Shown here piece by piece: positions 39,774 through 53,932 of a stretch of DNA of 64,000 nt (position 1 is its first letter; each line of letters begins with the position of its first letter). Where the stretch lies: NCBI RefSeq assembly GCF_006345805.1, contig NC_043002.1, positions 13,082,001 to 13,146,000 on the forward strand. The letters run 5' to 3'. The notes beneath the pieces were generated by a model, which saw nothing but the letters and a program-made list of their open reading frames with translations, did no database searches and was not told the DNA's origin. Source of the DNA: Octopus sinensis. Taxonomy: Eukaryota. Position numbers and translations under genes: made by a program.

Positions 39774-41951
39774 TATATATTAAAAAGCATTATGAAACAG
39801 GAAAGTGAGCACGTTCCAGTGTTATTAGTTATATTCTAGCTTGATTCTCCATTCTGGCCGTATAACAAAGCCCTTGTTTACCGCATCATTCAAATACTAG
39901 AAAAATACGCATATTTTCTTTTTTATTATTGCCTCAGGTGCAATAAATTAGAGCTGTTATGGGACTGAAATTTTCACTACTGTCCTCTTTATTTACGTTG
40001 TTTTTTAACGATGCTATCGGGCTACATCTATCACAACTGTGAACAATATCAATCTGTGATAGACAGCTGGACATCTACTAAGAAATGAGCAAACTATTAT
40101 GGTACGTACCCAGAAAAGTCGTGGGAGGGCGACTAACTAAACCGAGCATAAGATGTTTTGTACGGCCGTTTTGGCGTCGCTGCTTCGATGTTGACTTATT
40201 TGACAGCTGACATTTTTATGTTTCTTTAGTGTTCTCCCTCTTTCCTCCCCTTTCTTTCTCGCTCTCTCTTTTTCCCCTCCCCCTGTTTATGCGTGTAAGC
40301 ATGAGAGGGTATGTGTCAATGACCACCATGTTCAATTAATAAACTATAATCACCTACTTTCTCTTTTCTCTCTCTTTCTCTCTCTCTCTCTCACACACAC
40401 ACATACAATTACACATGCGCACACACTCTCAAACATGTTTCCTATCTTTATGTGTACATTTCTGCCCGCATATGTGTGTGTATGTTTGCTTCCTACTCCA
40501 AACTGCTGTATAGCCAAAACATGCTGAATATCCAGTGAGCCATGCCAAATCGTCCGCGCCCAAACAGCTGTGCCCAGTTGCCTCATTCCAATCTAAACTA
40601 GGTGAACTTCCTCTCTCGGTTAAGTGTTATTCGACACCCACCTTCTTTTCTGTCGTAGGAGTGGCTGTGTGGTAAGGAGCTTGCTCACGAATCACATGGT
40701 TCCGGGTTCAGTCCCACAGCGTGGTAACTTGGGAAGTGTTTTCTACTATAGCCTCGGGCCGACCAAAGCCTTGGGAGTGAATTTGGTAGACGGAAACTGA
40801 AAGAAGCCCGTCGTATATATGTAAGCAGAAAAAAAAAATCACTTAAACCTGCTAAAATAATATTCGAAGTAGTTTTTATGGTCAGAAATACAATTTCGAA
40901 GAGTTCACGATGTCATAGTGAGGATCTGATAAAAGACTTTGCAATTAAAGGAAGAGATATAAGTAAAAGAGAGTTTGTAAAAATAAACATCATTTTCCAA
41001 CTTACTGTTAGTTTTGTTTCATTATTTAGGTTTTGAGTGTTTAGGACCTTCGTGGGTCCTAATCCTGCCTTTCCAATAACGGTGGATTGTCATGGTCCAG
41101 TCTTCTCCTATAATTCAATGAAATGTCGGGGGAATGGCAGAAGTAGAAGAAAGATGAGGGCAGAGTTTGGTTTATAAAATTGTTTGCGTTGGTATCGCTC
41201 TACTAGAGAAGAGCAATCATCTTCTCCCTCAACGTATCGACACTTGTCGTTGGTGTATTTCCTTTGGTTTGAGGCTTCGGTTTCTAGATTCGTGAAGAGG
41301 TTAGACCGCCCTGTACCGGTTGGAATATAAACTGGCCCTAGCCTGGGAGCACTGCTTTCACTGCTGTTCACATCCAGGTAAATCCAGGTAAATCGAGTTA
41401 ACAGCTGTATCCAGAAAAGTCATTTAACCTTTCCCAAACAATCCCACTGCTTCACTTGACTAAAGAAATTCCTCAAAAGTAAAAGCATATATTTTATAAG
41501 AACATGAAGCAACTGTTGGGCGTGATTGAGAAGATCGTTTTGCAAACATGAGGTTTCAGGTTCAATCCTACTGTACGGCACCATGGGGAGTTGTCTTCTA
41601 CTATAGACCCTGGCCAACCAATGTCTTGCCAGTGTGGACCCCATCGTATGTATGTGTGCGTGTGTATGTGTACATGTGTGTGTTTATGTGTGCACACGTG
41701 TAGTTGTGTCTGTTTGTCTGCCCCTCATCGCTTGAAAACTGGTGCTGGTTTGTTTATGTCCTCGTAACTTAGTGGTTCGGCAAAAAATAACCACTAGGAC
41801 AAGTAGAAGACTTTAAAAAAATAGAAATGTTAAATATTGATTTGTTTGACTAAAGGCCGTCTAAAGTGGTGCCCCAGCATGGCCACAGTGCAATAACTGA
41901 AAGAAGTAAAAGATAGAAAATCAACAAATCATAATTTCTGACTACCTTATG

Positions 41952-42320
41952 TTATCTCCGCCTTCGCTTAGACGGAGGTATTGTTTCAGTCGCGTTTGTT
42001 TGTTTGTTTGACCGTGGACAAGATATCTCAAGAACCACAGGATGGATTCGGTTGAAACTTTCAGGGATGTGTGGCCTTGTGACTGGCAGGAACTGATTAG
42101 ATTTTGGGATCGATCCGGTACCGGACAAGAATTCTGGATTGTTTTTCCTGTTTTTTACCTAATGTTTGAGAGCAGTCGGGTTCATTTTTAGTATTCTCGT
42201 TTGTGAGAGCAGTCGAGTTTATTTCAGATATCCTCATTTTAAAATTCATCTCCGGCTAATCGTTGAGAGAATGTTGATGTTGTCTTGGCGGAGGTTTATG
42301 TTCTCTGGGTGCTCTTGTTT
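41952..42320 (+). mobile_element. Probable Helentron/DINE-like non-autonomous element
   Basis: Subterminal inverted CTCCGCC/GGCGGAG, a short 5' hairpin and a (TTTG)n tract. The class is an inference from architecture. Confidence 0.4.
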
Positions 42321-44470
42321 GAAATAATTCAGTGCTTCAAACGCAGAAATAAATAAATAAATTTCAGCCTATCTTGTAATACTTTATGATTCACTTACAA
42401 AACGGAGAACGAACAGTATGAGGCAGCTGTGAATAGTATGATGCAACTGTGAATGCTAACAGCTGTTGCCAACAACATCTAATTGTCCTGTGGGTTTTAA
42501 CTGAAAATGACAGATGTTACTCTTTGCCTCTATTTTCTTTAAAGTAGACACCTTCAACTCCATACGGTAAGTGAAAATATAACCTGCTATACTAATGTGT
42601 TTAAGCTTGATTAATCTTTTTTAACGCTGTAATTTCAAGATATTACAGCGTTAAATAAATGTTAAGACATTGTTCTTAATATACCACGTATGTTTTTTTT
42701 AATCTTCTGAGCAGGATCGTTACCGCTCCTGGGCAAAATGCTTATCGGCATTTCGTCCGTCTTTTATGTCCTGAGTTCAAATTCCACCGAGTTCCACTTT
42801 GCCTTTCATGATTTCGGGGGTCGATAAAATAAGTACTATCTTAGAGCTGAGATCGATGCAAACGACTTACCCAACCGTTTCCCTGGAATTTCTGGCATTG
42901 TGCCAAAATTTGAAGTCAATATACAACCTACAATTGCTTTTTGTGGCGTGCTGGGCAAAATCGGTAGTGTCTCGGATAAAATACTTAGCGTCTTTACGTT
43001 CTAAGTTCAAATTTCGCCAAGGGATCGATAAAATAAAGTACCAGTCAGGCACTGGGGTTCGATGTAATCGACTGCCCCATCCCCTAAATTTCAGGCTATT
43101 AAGCTCAAATAGGAATATAATTAAGACAGTGATCTGATAGATTCGTTACCGCGTCGGACAAACGGCTTGGCGGCATTTCCCCGGCTTTACTTTCTAGGCT
43201 CAAATTCTTCCGTAGTCGAGTTTACCTTTCACCCTTTCGTGGTCGATAAAATAAGTATCAGTTAAGCATTAGAGTCGTTTCCATCGACTTCCTTTCTCCT
43301 CAAAATTCCTGGCCTTGTACCAAAATTTGAAACCGTTATGATGTAAATGTTCTGGATTTTTCTTTTATCATGATTTTGCTTTCAAATAGTGAATAATGCA
43401 AAATTTGTTTAGTGTGTACGTGCATGTGTGTGTCTGAGTGTGTGTGCGCACGCATGTGTATGTGTGTAAGTACGCGTGCATGTATGTATGTATATCACGT
43501 GATCACGTGATCGACCTGACCATCAGATGTTGTTACACATCGCTGGTCACAATTCGTTCGCATTGTTTTAGCCTTCGAATGACGCCACCCCGCTGGCTAA
43601 ACGAGCAGGCCAGCAGAAGAAAGAGTGAGAGAAAGAGTGGTGAAAGAGTACAACAGGGGTCGCCACCACCCCCTGCCGGAGCCTCGTGGAGCTTTAGGTG
43701 TTTTCGCACAATAAACACTCACAACGCCCGGTCTGGGAATCGAAACCGCGATCCTACGACCGCGAGTTCACTGTCCTAACCACTAGGCCATTGCGCCTCC
43801 ACATGTATGTATATATCGTCTGATATTATGTGAAATATTGCCTTCGACAAAATTTTTGAAAAGAAATAGAAAACTAACTGCATACTGCTAAATATAAAAT
43901 AATATACTTAATATAGTCATAATTAAAATATTTCGAGTCTAGATAATAGATTCCTTCTTATTAAGAATAAGAAGGAATCTATTATCTTTCATAACAATTA
44001 TTCTGAAGAAAGAAAAAAAACTATAGAACTCCGTGATTTAAATATTCGGTTGTCAGATAAATTAGTCCGTTTTACCCATTTACTTTTAATCTGTATTTTT
44101 CGTCAACAATTTTGAAATTTATTTAAATTTCAAAAATCGATAAACAAAAGTTATAGAAAAAATATAGAACTACAAAAAATATCAACCATAAAACGCTGCG
44201 ATAAAAATATTTTTCGTGTAAATACAAATATCACCGGAAACGATTAAAGTAAGCGGGGAAATAAAAACGATTGAATTTATCTGAAACATAATAGATAGAA
44301 AATCGAATATAGATACAAGAGGTGGAGAGCTTGATCTTTGATCGTTTCGGTGACAAAGCATTACATATGGAGAGTTTCGTTACACTTTCAGACGATAGAC
44401 ATAACTTTGTGTGAAAAGTATTCCTTGGTTAGACGATTTTAAATAATGACAATCATATAGTAATTAATGT

Positions 44471-44779
44471 TAAACGTCGCCCTTTTCAAGCCTAGCCAGG
44501 CTCATGGGCCCGGTTTCCCGGTTTCTGTGGCGTACATGCTCCTCCAGATGGACGGGGCGCCAGTCCATCGCAGCGTTACTCAAGAAACAGGAAGATAGAG
44601 TGAGAGAAAGTTGTGGCGAAAGAGTACAACAGGGGTCGCCACCACCCCCTGCCGGAGCCTCGTGGAGCTTTTAGGTGTTTTCACTCAACAAACACACACA
44701 AAGCCCAGTCTGGGAATCGAATCCGCAATCCTCCGACCACAAGTCCGCTGCCCTAACCACTGGGCCATCGCGTCTCCAC
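44471..44779 (-). mobile_element. Chimeric SINE (family C head/body with a different tail), with a 12-bp TSD
   Basis: AGTAATTAATGT at 44459-44470 and 44780-44791; the tail is shared with the element at about 53395-53500. Confidence 0.85.
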
Positions 44780-46336
44780 AGTAATTAATGTGGTGATCTG
44801 AAAATAAGTTTTAATCAATTAAAATTATGCAGGCGAGGCTGTAAAGTAAGAATTTTGCTTCGCAACCATATAGTTCCGGGTTCAGTCTGCCTGCGTGACA
44901 CCTTAGGCAAGTATCTTATACAATAGGTTGGGACCAATCAAAGCCTTGCGAGTGGATTTGGTAGAAGGAAACTGAAAGAAGCCCGTCGTATATATGTATG
45001 TGTGTATGTATGTACATGTGTGTCTTTGTGTTTGTACTCCACCACCGATTGATAACCGGTGCTAGTGTGTTTACGTCTCTGTAACTTAACGGTTCATCAA
45101 AGAAACTGATCGAATAAGTACCAGACTTGAAAAAAATAAATCCTGAAGTCGATTCGCTTGACTAAAATTCTTCAAGGCAGTGCCCTAGTTTGTCCGCAGC
45201 AAAAGATTTAAAATGTCATCTTGCAAAAGTTGTTCTTTGTGAGAATTAATTGCCAATTAGGTAACTTGAAATAATGACTGCACTTCATATTACAATCATA
45301 ATATCGTCTTATCAAAATGGATCGGGTGGGTCACTATATTAAAGTACGTTACCAAGCATTTAAAGCGTGTTCTATGTAAATGGGTTCGTCTGTATGATTT
45401 AGATTATTGAATGGTGTTAGGTTAGTCAGATAAAGGTTTTGCGTATCCAACTCTTTTTTGCAATAATGTAGCAAAGTCTCAACCATAGTGCATGAATTGA
45501 CCTGACGAAAGGGAATCATAATTAATTATCGTGTACATGTAGAACATCGTTAGTCAAACCGATGATTACTTATAGACGCGGGTTAAAAAGCTTCTTTTGC
45601 AACCGCATGATTTCAGGTTCAATCCTATTGTTCGGTGTCTTGGGAAAGTATCTTTTACTACAGCCCGGGAGGCCAATGCTTTGTGAGTGAATTTGGTTGA
45701 CGGAAACTGTAAGAAAGCCCATCTTATATATATGTGTGTGTATGTGTGTGTGTTTGTAAGTGTGTGCGTGGGTGCATGTGTGTGTGTTTGTAAGTGTATG
45801 CGTGGATGCTTGTGTGTGTCTGTCTGTTTGTCTGCCTTTGTGTCTACGTTTGTCTCTTCTACCATTTGACAATCGGTGCTGGCTTGCAGAGTATTATCAG
45901 ACTTACAAAATAAGTACTGGGATCGATTTGCTCGACTAAAACCCGTTCAAGGCAGAGCCCCAGTATGGCCGCACTCCAATGAGCGAAACAATTAAAAGAC
46001 ATAGATTAAAGATAAAGATATTAGTACTAAATACGTTCCGGTAGTTTTGTAGATTTGAACGGGAACGTGTCAATTGCTTTTGTATTTTGCCTTCTGAAAA
46101 TATCTTTTCCTTTTAGGCGATAAATGCTGACAACACACACAATTCCTTGAAATAAGCAGATCTTGAGACACCGATTTTTTTACCTTGGTGTGTCCTTTCC
46201 GTTAAATATATCTTCCCAAATCAGTATGCATATCATAATTGGCTGACATCACCATGCAATAGCAATTAATTTGTTGGCTAAATTCTATTTACAAGAGCCA
46301 TCACTCTTGTGTAGCTCCATTGATCCAGGAATAACT

Positions 46337-46379
46337 TTGACTGAAGAGACGCAACCAGGTAGAAACGCAGGTGTCTCAA
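46337..46379 (+). ncRNA. Candidate solitary type I hammerhead motif
   Basis: TTGA-CTGAAGA-GACGCAACCAGGTA-GAA-ACGC-AG-GTGT-C-TCAA; GTC triplet; stem II has a G.A closing mismatch. Confidence 0.5.
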
Positions 46380-47561
46380 TGTCTCCTTACATCAATGAAT
46401 TGAGTGCATTGACAACACATGCACAGTGTGAAAGAAGACAGTTTTCTCCGAAGGCGAAATACAACAGTACTTAACATATTCACAGTAAAATCTGTCGGGA
46501 TGGAATGTATTAAGAATGAATAAGTACATTATCGAAAAGATTTCAGAATTTTCTTTTAGACAACGTTGCCTTAGGAAAGGAATATAGAGTAGATATGGGT
46601 AAGGGAGCGCCTAAAATGTATAAATCTAAGGGAATTATATGCGGTACTTGTGCAGAAGTGTATACTGTTTCCGGCGAAGATGGAATATAATGGATTTGTT
46701 ACTGGATTTATAGTAAATTGGTAGAATCTTATGAGAGTCTCAGAGAATGCATTATGGCTTGGATTCTCGCTGTTCTGCGTGTACCATGAATTATTTGTTT
46801 GGCAGATTTCAACAGGCATCAGCAAATAATTTTGTTCGCTGATTTCTATAAACAGGAGCTCGTATTATACAATCCAGCGTGGTAGCTATATTACGTTCGA
46901 ATCTGCCACAACTTATTTATAACGAGCAAAACGCCCCCCCCCCCACCGTCCAATGGACGGTGCTGAGTCGTCAAACATTTAAACCAAATTTTCTCAAAAC
47001 AACTTGTACGACTGTCCCATAGGCTTCCCCTTTGAGAAACACTGATTTAACCTAAATTTGAGACACCAGAAAAAAAGAAATAAAGATAGACTTTTTTCTA
47101 TTCCAAGAAAAACGATTTTACAAATGCACGTTCCCACGGCTTTATCGATCGCATTCTCACCTTGAATCGATTTTTGTAATTTTTTCAAGACTTAAACACG
47201 CCCTAATACCGTCGGTATCTACATATCAAATTTGAGCGCAATCGGATGGAGGATGCCCGAGATCCTAGAAGACACACACACAAGACAGACAGAACGGATT
47301 TTATATAAGAGATAAACGTGTTATTGCTTCGATTCTCTCTGTTCTACATACTTAGCTTTCTTATCAGTTTGGTAGACATTAACGCGCTTCAATAACTATA
47401 TATTTTGCTAATTTTTATAAAAAGGAGCTTGTCTCCTTGCCAGATTAATCGGTTCGATGGAATAACTTTCACTGAGGAGAAACTCAAGGTCGAAACAACG
47501 CGGTGACTCAAAGTCTTCCTTCATGGTGAACCAGTGTGTTATAAATACACATCGTTTAAAG

Positions 47562-47821
47562 CAGTGATTCCCAACGACTTTTTACCTATGGACCCCCTTG
47601 ATTTTCCCTATGGTGGACCTTCATAGCCATTCGATGTTTTAAAAAATCCTAATATATCTTTATAAGTAAATTTCATCAGGAATTGTATTCAAACAAATAG
47701 TTGAAACATTCTGTGTATTATAGGATTATAACCAGTTTATTAGTTTATTGCACATAAATTCTAGCAACAAAATCTTATGTGGACCCCCAAAGGAAACATG
47801 CACCCCAGCTGTGAACCGCTG
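47562..47821. mobile_element. Probable hAT-type MITE
   Basis: CAGTGATTCCCAAC...GAACCGCTG termini with internal GGACCCC motifs; 8-bp flanks only partly match. Confidence 0.4.
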
Positions 47822-48959
47822 GTCTAAGACGAGCAAGCGTTGTCCGATGAAGAAATACAACGGCCAGCACATTCAAGTCTGAATGTGCTAAAACGCATCT
47901 TGAATGAACAGACACAATATTGTTTGGTTTTTCGCTGTTCTTATAACCCATTATTATTAGAGCTGAAATTGTTCTCTATATCTGAACGAGATTATGTTGT
48001 TTGTTTATTATATTCACATTGTTTGTTCTGTTGACTGAAGTTTATTTCAATAAAGATGAGAGATACATACCTAATGATATTAAATGAATTGGTCGTCTCT
48101 GTATATTCGGAAAATTTACATATTTTAAATATTCAAAAGTTTATAACTTAACAGATAAAATGTAAAATTTACTCAACAGTATGTTTCTTTGCGTGGTTAA
48201 GAAAATCATCTCGCAACCACGTGATTTCAGGTTCAGTCCTACTGCTTGGCACCTTAGGCAAGTGACTTCTTCTATAGACTTCGACTGGTCAGTAACTTGT
48301 GTGTGAATTTGGTTGAAGGAAACTGTGTGGAAGCCCGATATATACGACTTTTACTTGTTTCAGTCATTAGACTGCAGCTATGTCGGGACACTCCCTTGAA
48401 GAATTTTAGTTGGAAAAAATCGACCCCATAACTTAATTTTGAAGCCTGATACTGATTTCATCGGTCTCTTAGACAGCTAAGTTACTGAGACGTAAACAGA
48501 CCAACAACAGTTGCCAAGCGGTGGTCAGGAGGAAGATGGGCACACACATATATATATATATGTACATATATATATACATAATACACACACACATGTATAT
48601 GTGTGCGCGTGTGTGTCTGTATATATGTATATATGTCATTATTCAGTTTTATTTCAAGATTTCTTGACAATAGAGAAAGAGCCGGTTTCTAACCTAGATC
48701 TAAGGCTCCTTCATTGGAATGTAAACATCATCAACAGGATATTTTTGTATGCATGAATGTATGCATGTACGTATGTATGGATCCATGTATGTATATGTGC
48801 TTATTTGTATATTTTGCTTTATGTATGTCTTCTCATGCATATACTTACATATCTAGACATGCTCCTATATACTTAAATGATAAACTTCTGCAAGGTTTTA
48901 CAGATTTTTACAGTCCCAGTGATTAATTAGATCAGTGGTCTTCGAATCAGCTTTCTCCT

Positions 48960-49550
48960 TTCTGGTTTTGAGAAGCCTAACTTCTAAAGATTGATGTTTA
49001 GCCAGCGTGTTACGAACTTGTAATCTGGATAGAATAGCTGTAGATTCTTCAGTAGTTCAGTGTAAGTATTTTCATTTTCGCTGATTTTTAGCTTTATGAT
49101 AACATCCGCTGGACAGATGATTCCCACATCTGTACACAGTATCTCTTCTCTAGCACAAATCCTTATGTCAGGTGTGAGGTTTTCATTAGGACATTCCACC
49201 AGTACTCCTTTTTATTATGAGAGGCTATGGCTTTCACCATACTGAGGGTTCTTATTTCTTTGAACTTGGTATTATCCTTCCGACAGATTTCATTACAGAG
49301 TATCCTAGCTACAACGTCATGTCTCATCGGTAGATAATACCATGATGACATTTTCGGAAAACTACTCATGGTGTGCGTGATATCTTCGGTGTTAACTCCA
49401 CAAAGTCTGCATCGGTTGTCATATTTTTCTGCGTTTCTGTATCTCTGTCTCTTTTGTGAATCAGATACTTAGTTGATATTTCCTGTTCCTGGATTGCAAA
49501 CGCATACCTTTCAAGGTGGGAGGTATTAATCCGGTTGTTCGTCCATGATA
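48960..49550 (-). mobile_element. Decayed R4-type LINE 3' fragment
   Basis: WYYLPMRHDVVARILCNEI...YWWNV...PDIRI remnants. Confidence 0.6.
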
Positions 49551-49786
49551 GATTGATTTACCTCTTTACTCTTTTACTTGTTTCAGTCATTTGACTGTGA
49601 CAATATTGGGGCACCGCCTTTAGTCGAGCAAATCGACCCCAGGACTTATTCTTTGTAGGCCTAGTACTTATTCTATCGGTCTCTTTTTGCCGAACCGCTA
49701 CGTTACGGGGACTTAGACACACCAGCATCGGTTGTTAAGCGATGTTGGGGGGACGAACACAGATACACAAACATACACACATACGC

Positions 49787-49840
<54 letters not shown>

Positions 49841-50790
49841 GACGGACATCTTTCAGTTTCGGTCTACCAAATCCACTCACAAGGCTTTGGTCGGCCCAAG
49901 GCTATAGTAGAAGACACTTACTCAAGGTGCCACGCAGTGGAACTGAACCCGGAACCATGTGGTTCGTAAGCAAGCTACTTACCACACAGCCACTATCATC
50001 TCTGAGCTTTCTTCTAACATATCCTTCCATGGTCTTCTGCTGGTATTCGATCATCCTTTCATCTGATGATACATTGCAGTAGAGTCGTATCTAAGGTTCA
50101 AGGGATGCACTTCGACACTTAGTGGTTAATAACTGTTTCCAAAGGAATATGATACGGCATTCAAAGACAGTCTGGATCACTGTTAAGCCACTGTCGCCTC
50201 GTTTTGGTTTTAAGCAGAGGCGGTCTACGTCACTATTGATGTGGAAATTATGTGATTGTTAATATCTTCCGGGTTTTCATATCAACGGCTCACATCTCGT
50301 CAAGCGTCCAATCAAGCAGCCCAAATGTTGGTATGAGTGCTGCTATTACAAACACCATTATGGGCCACTGTTTTTTTATTGAATGCAATGAGTCCCGAGG
50401 TCTAAATTTTCTTTATTCGACTGTAATATACTTTAGTGACAAGTGTTTTGTTACAGATGCTATTGTAAGATGTATGCATTAATGTATCACTGGTTGCCAA
50501 GCGCTGGTGCGTACACACACAGACACACACATGAATACATATATATACATATATATATATATATATACATTATACACACGCATGAATATGTGTGTGTATG
50601 TATGTATGAACAAGTGTGTATGTGTCCCACTAACAGACTTCCAATAGAATATCTATTAGACCTTAAAAATTAGTACTAAAATCAAAGTGGTGCTCAATTA
50701 AATGACTGAAACAAGTAAATTGTAAAAGGCAGGATTGATAATACAAAACATATTTTATACTTTTCTTTTTTGTTTTTGTTTTTTTTACAG

Positions 50791-50863
50791 ATGTATATAT
50801 ATTCGATAGCTTTGTTTCCACTTCTCGTCCTTTATGCTGTTACAAATAACATTGACGCTGCAG
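50791..50863 (+). CDS. Signal-peptide exon of a small secreted Cys-rich protein
   Basis: Long polypyrimidine acceptor ...TTTTTTACAG|ATG; MYIYSIALFPLLVLYAVTNNIDAA; donor CAG|GTGAGT (phase 1). Confidence 0.72.
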
Positions 50864-52009
50864 GTGAGTATTTACTATTTTAATCTTTGAAGTTTTATGA
50901 GCTTAATCTTTTAAAAAAGACAGAATAGACTCTAAAAGAACAGGAGGAGACACGTGGAGTGGAGATTCACTAAAGAGGTCACAGGATGTATGATGACAGA
51001 TTTAAGACAAAGGACACAAAAATATGAACAATAATATTGCTGAAGTGAAGAACGAATAAATAGTGCATGTATTTATAAAAAATGACCGTCCCGAAATATA
51101 ACAATATATTTTTAAAAACTGTTTTTTCTTTATTTCAGTGATATTTCTAGCTGTACACGACCCTAATTTTAGCCCATTCGAAACCCTAGGTGTGTGGCCT
51201 AGTGGTTAGCGTATTGCGTTCCCTATCCCAAGATGATAGTTTCGCTTCTCGGACTGGGTGGTGTGTCGTGTTCTTGAGCAAAACACTTCATTTCACGTTG
51301 CTCCAGTCCATTCAGCCGTAAAGAAGTAACTCTGCAACGGCTGTTGGAATGTTGTAATCTCAGTCATCTATACGCCATGGAAAACTGATAACCGGACCAA
51401 TGGGTCCTAGGACAACTGACAGTTATGTCCAGGGATTGATGATTTTAATGATTAAGCCTTCTATCTTTGTCCCTCCTGTCACCTTCCTGATACTATAATG
51501 AATGGTTGTCTAAATTGGTTTTCGGGGCTCAGTATCCTTCTTCAACAAATTCCCAAATCTGGGCTCCTAAAAGTGGCCAAGCTGACTAAAATATGGCTTA
51601 TTGGCTGAATCATTAGAAAGGAACATAAATCAGGTTTTTATGATTCCACTACAAAACTTAACCTTACTCTCTACTCTCGAAAATATTAGTTTCAAATTTT
51701 GGTACAAGTCCAGTAATTTCCGGGTAGCGGGGTTAACCGATTATATCGATCACAAAGTTTAACTGGCACTTATTTTCTCGACCCCGAAACGATGAAAGGC
51801 AAAGTCAACCTTGATGGAACATTAAGACGGACGAAACGCCAATAAGCATTTACCCCGATGTGGTAACGGCTCTACCAGCTCGCCGCCTTACTTTCGAACA
51901 TAATATTGATCACCTGCGTTAAATGCTATTCAGGTGTCCAGGATTCACATAGAAAGAAATAATCTAATACTTCTATTCTCGTTTATCACGGAAATGTGGT
52001 TAAAAAGGC

Positions 52010-52200
52010 ACTGAAAAATGAATCAATGCTGGGTGAATTATCATTTTTCTTGGCAAATGGAACGAAAGGTAGATTCGTTGACGCCAAACTCGCAGCCTAC
52101 GGCTGCGAAGCTTCCACCATTACATATTTTCTTGATCATCTCTGATTTTTCTTCGAGTACTCTCGTCTGTGCTGTTTGTTACGATACGGCGCCTTCGCAT
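52010..52200 (-). mobile_element. Tigger/pogo transposase N-terminal HTH remnant
   Basis: RVLEEKSEMIKKICNGGSFAAVGCEFGVNESTFRSI resembles the CENP-B/psq-type HTH. Confidence 0.6.
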
Positions 52201-53253
52201 TTTTTGTTTTCACTGACGCCACATTGATGAACTTGAGTACTTAAATCCATATAAAAAATATACACAGCGACTCAGTACGGTCGCATAAGCACAAGCGGTA
52301 GCCAGTGCATTCCAACTACCTGAGCTTTGTGCGTTGGACGCTGGAGCACGCTTTTGTGGTACAAGCAGAATCTTTGACTAATCGTCGACTCGTGCTATCA
52401 TAGATCAATCCGCAGTAAACATAACATGGTTCACAACTGAACTACCGTGTTATCTCGGATCAGTGATGAATGAATTTGTAACAAAACGAGGTTATATGTA
52501 CTCGAAAGCTCTTCCTCAACTACAAATAAGGACGCAGTTACATGAGTTTCACAGTGGCCCTTTTTTTTAGTATTCTTTCTTGAAACAAATAAACATTTTT
52601 AAAAATGCCTAAGGCGGGGAGTTGGTAGCACCGTTCGCTGCATTTCGTCCGTCTCTGATTTCTGTGATCGGATACCACTGAGGTTATCTTTCTCTTTCCT
52701 TCATCAGGGGGCCGATGAAAGACGTACCAGCCAAGTAATTGACTTCCCTCCCGCTGCCCTTAAAAATTGCTGGTCATTTGTCGAAATTTAAATCCATTAT
52801 AAAGCATTGCATTTCGTCCTTTTAGGAGTCGATAAAATAACTACCAGTTGAGCAGTGGTGTCGATATAATCAGCTCATCTTCTCCCTTAAATATCAGGTT
52901 TTGTGCCCATAGTAAAAAGTATTAATAAAACATTGGCCCACGAATCAATGCCTTAATTCTTTTTGTCTATGGATACTAAGCATCCTGGTTCTCTGTCATT
53001 CCATCTTCATTTTTTTTCTCTTAACCTTTTCCAATACCTAAATTCTCTGATTTCGTAAAAGGAATTTTTTTCTCATATCTGTTAAACATTTTATCCTTCC
53101 AAAATGTTCTCTGCATTCGTCCCATTAAACTATTTACTCCCATTTCGCAAGCTTGATCGTATTTACTCATGAATAAGTTCAACTAATTTGTACTTCATTT
53201 TAACGGAAAAAGAAACATTAATGAAGGGCAACTTATGCACAAATACATATATA

Positions 53254-53287
<34 letters not shown>

Positions 53288-53309
53288 CATACACACACAC
53301 ACACACACA

Positions 53310-53381
<72 letters not shown>

Positions 53382-53605
53382 AAAAATAAATGCGCCCTTT
53401 TAAAGCGTAGCCAGGCTCATGGGTCCGGTTTCCCGGTTTCAATGGCGTATGTGTTCCCCAGCTGGACGGGACGCCAGTCCATCTCAGCGTTACTCATTTT
53501 TGCCAGCTGAGGGGATTGGAGCAACGTGAAATGAAGTGTTTTGCTCAAGAACAGAACGCGACGCCCGGTCCAGGAATCGAAACCACAATCTTACGATCAT
53601 GATGC

Positions 53606-53679
<74 letters not shown>

Positions 53680-53711
53680 CAAACTCTTTTGACCCATACA
53701 TATATATATAT

Positions 53712-53833
53712 ATTCAAAATCCTTGGTACTCTGAGTTTCAAGCGTGATGCTAGTCTTCGGTTATAGGAATTCAACTGCCAATATCTGAAAATTAGTATCA
53801 CGCTTGAACTTCAGAGTACCAAGGAGTTTGAAT
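53712..53833. mobile_element. 120-bp fold-back with degenerate hammerhead cores
   Basis: About 42-bp inverted arms; the minus arm reads CCGAAGA-CTAGCATCACGCTT-GAA-ACTC-A-GAGT-A; stem I is missing. Confidence 0.55.
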
Positions 53834-53932
53834 CAAACTGTTTTGATCCATAAATGTAACTCTTAACAAATGTATTGAGTGCCCTTCTTTCGTTTATCTA
53901 CTCATTCGTCTCAATATATATATATATATATA

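Noticed and set aside
41108-41371. 87-aa minus-strand ORF (LGPVYIPT...)
   Set aside because: Slight similarity to Penelope N-termini, but too weak to call as a gene or an element.
43941-43987. Perfect 22-bp-arm palindrome
   Set aside because: Real but short and AT-rich, with no ribozyme core or element boundaries; no function can be supported.
44345-44400. CTGAAAGTGTAACGAAAC on the minus strand
   Set aside because: The core is one base short and stems I and III are only 2-3 bp, compatible with chance.
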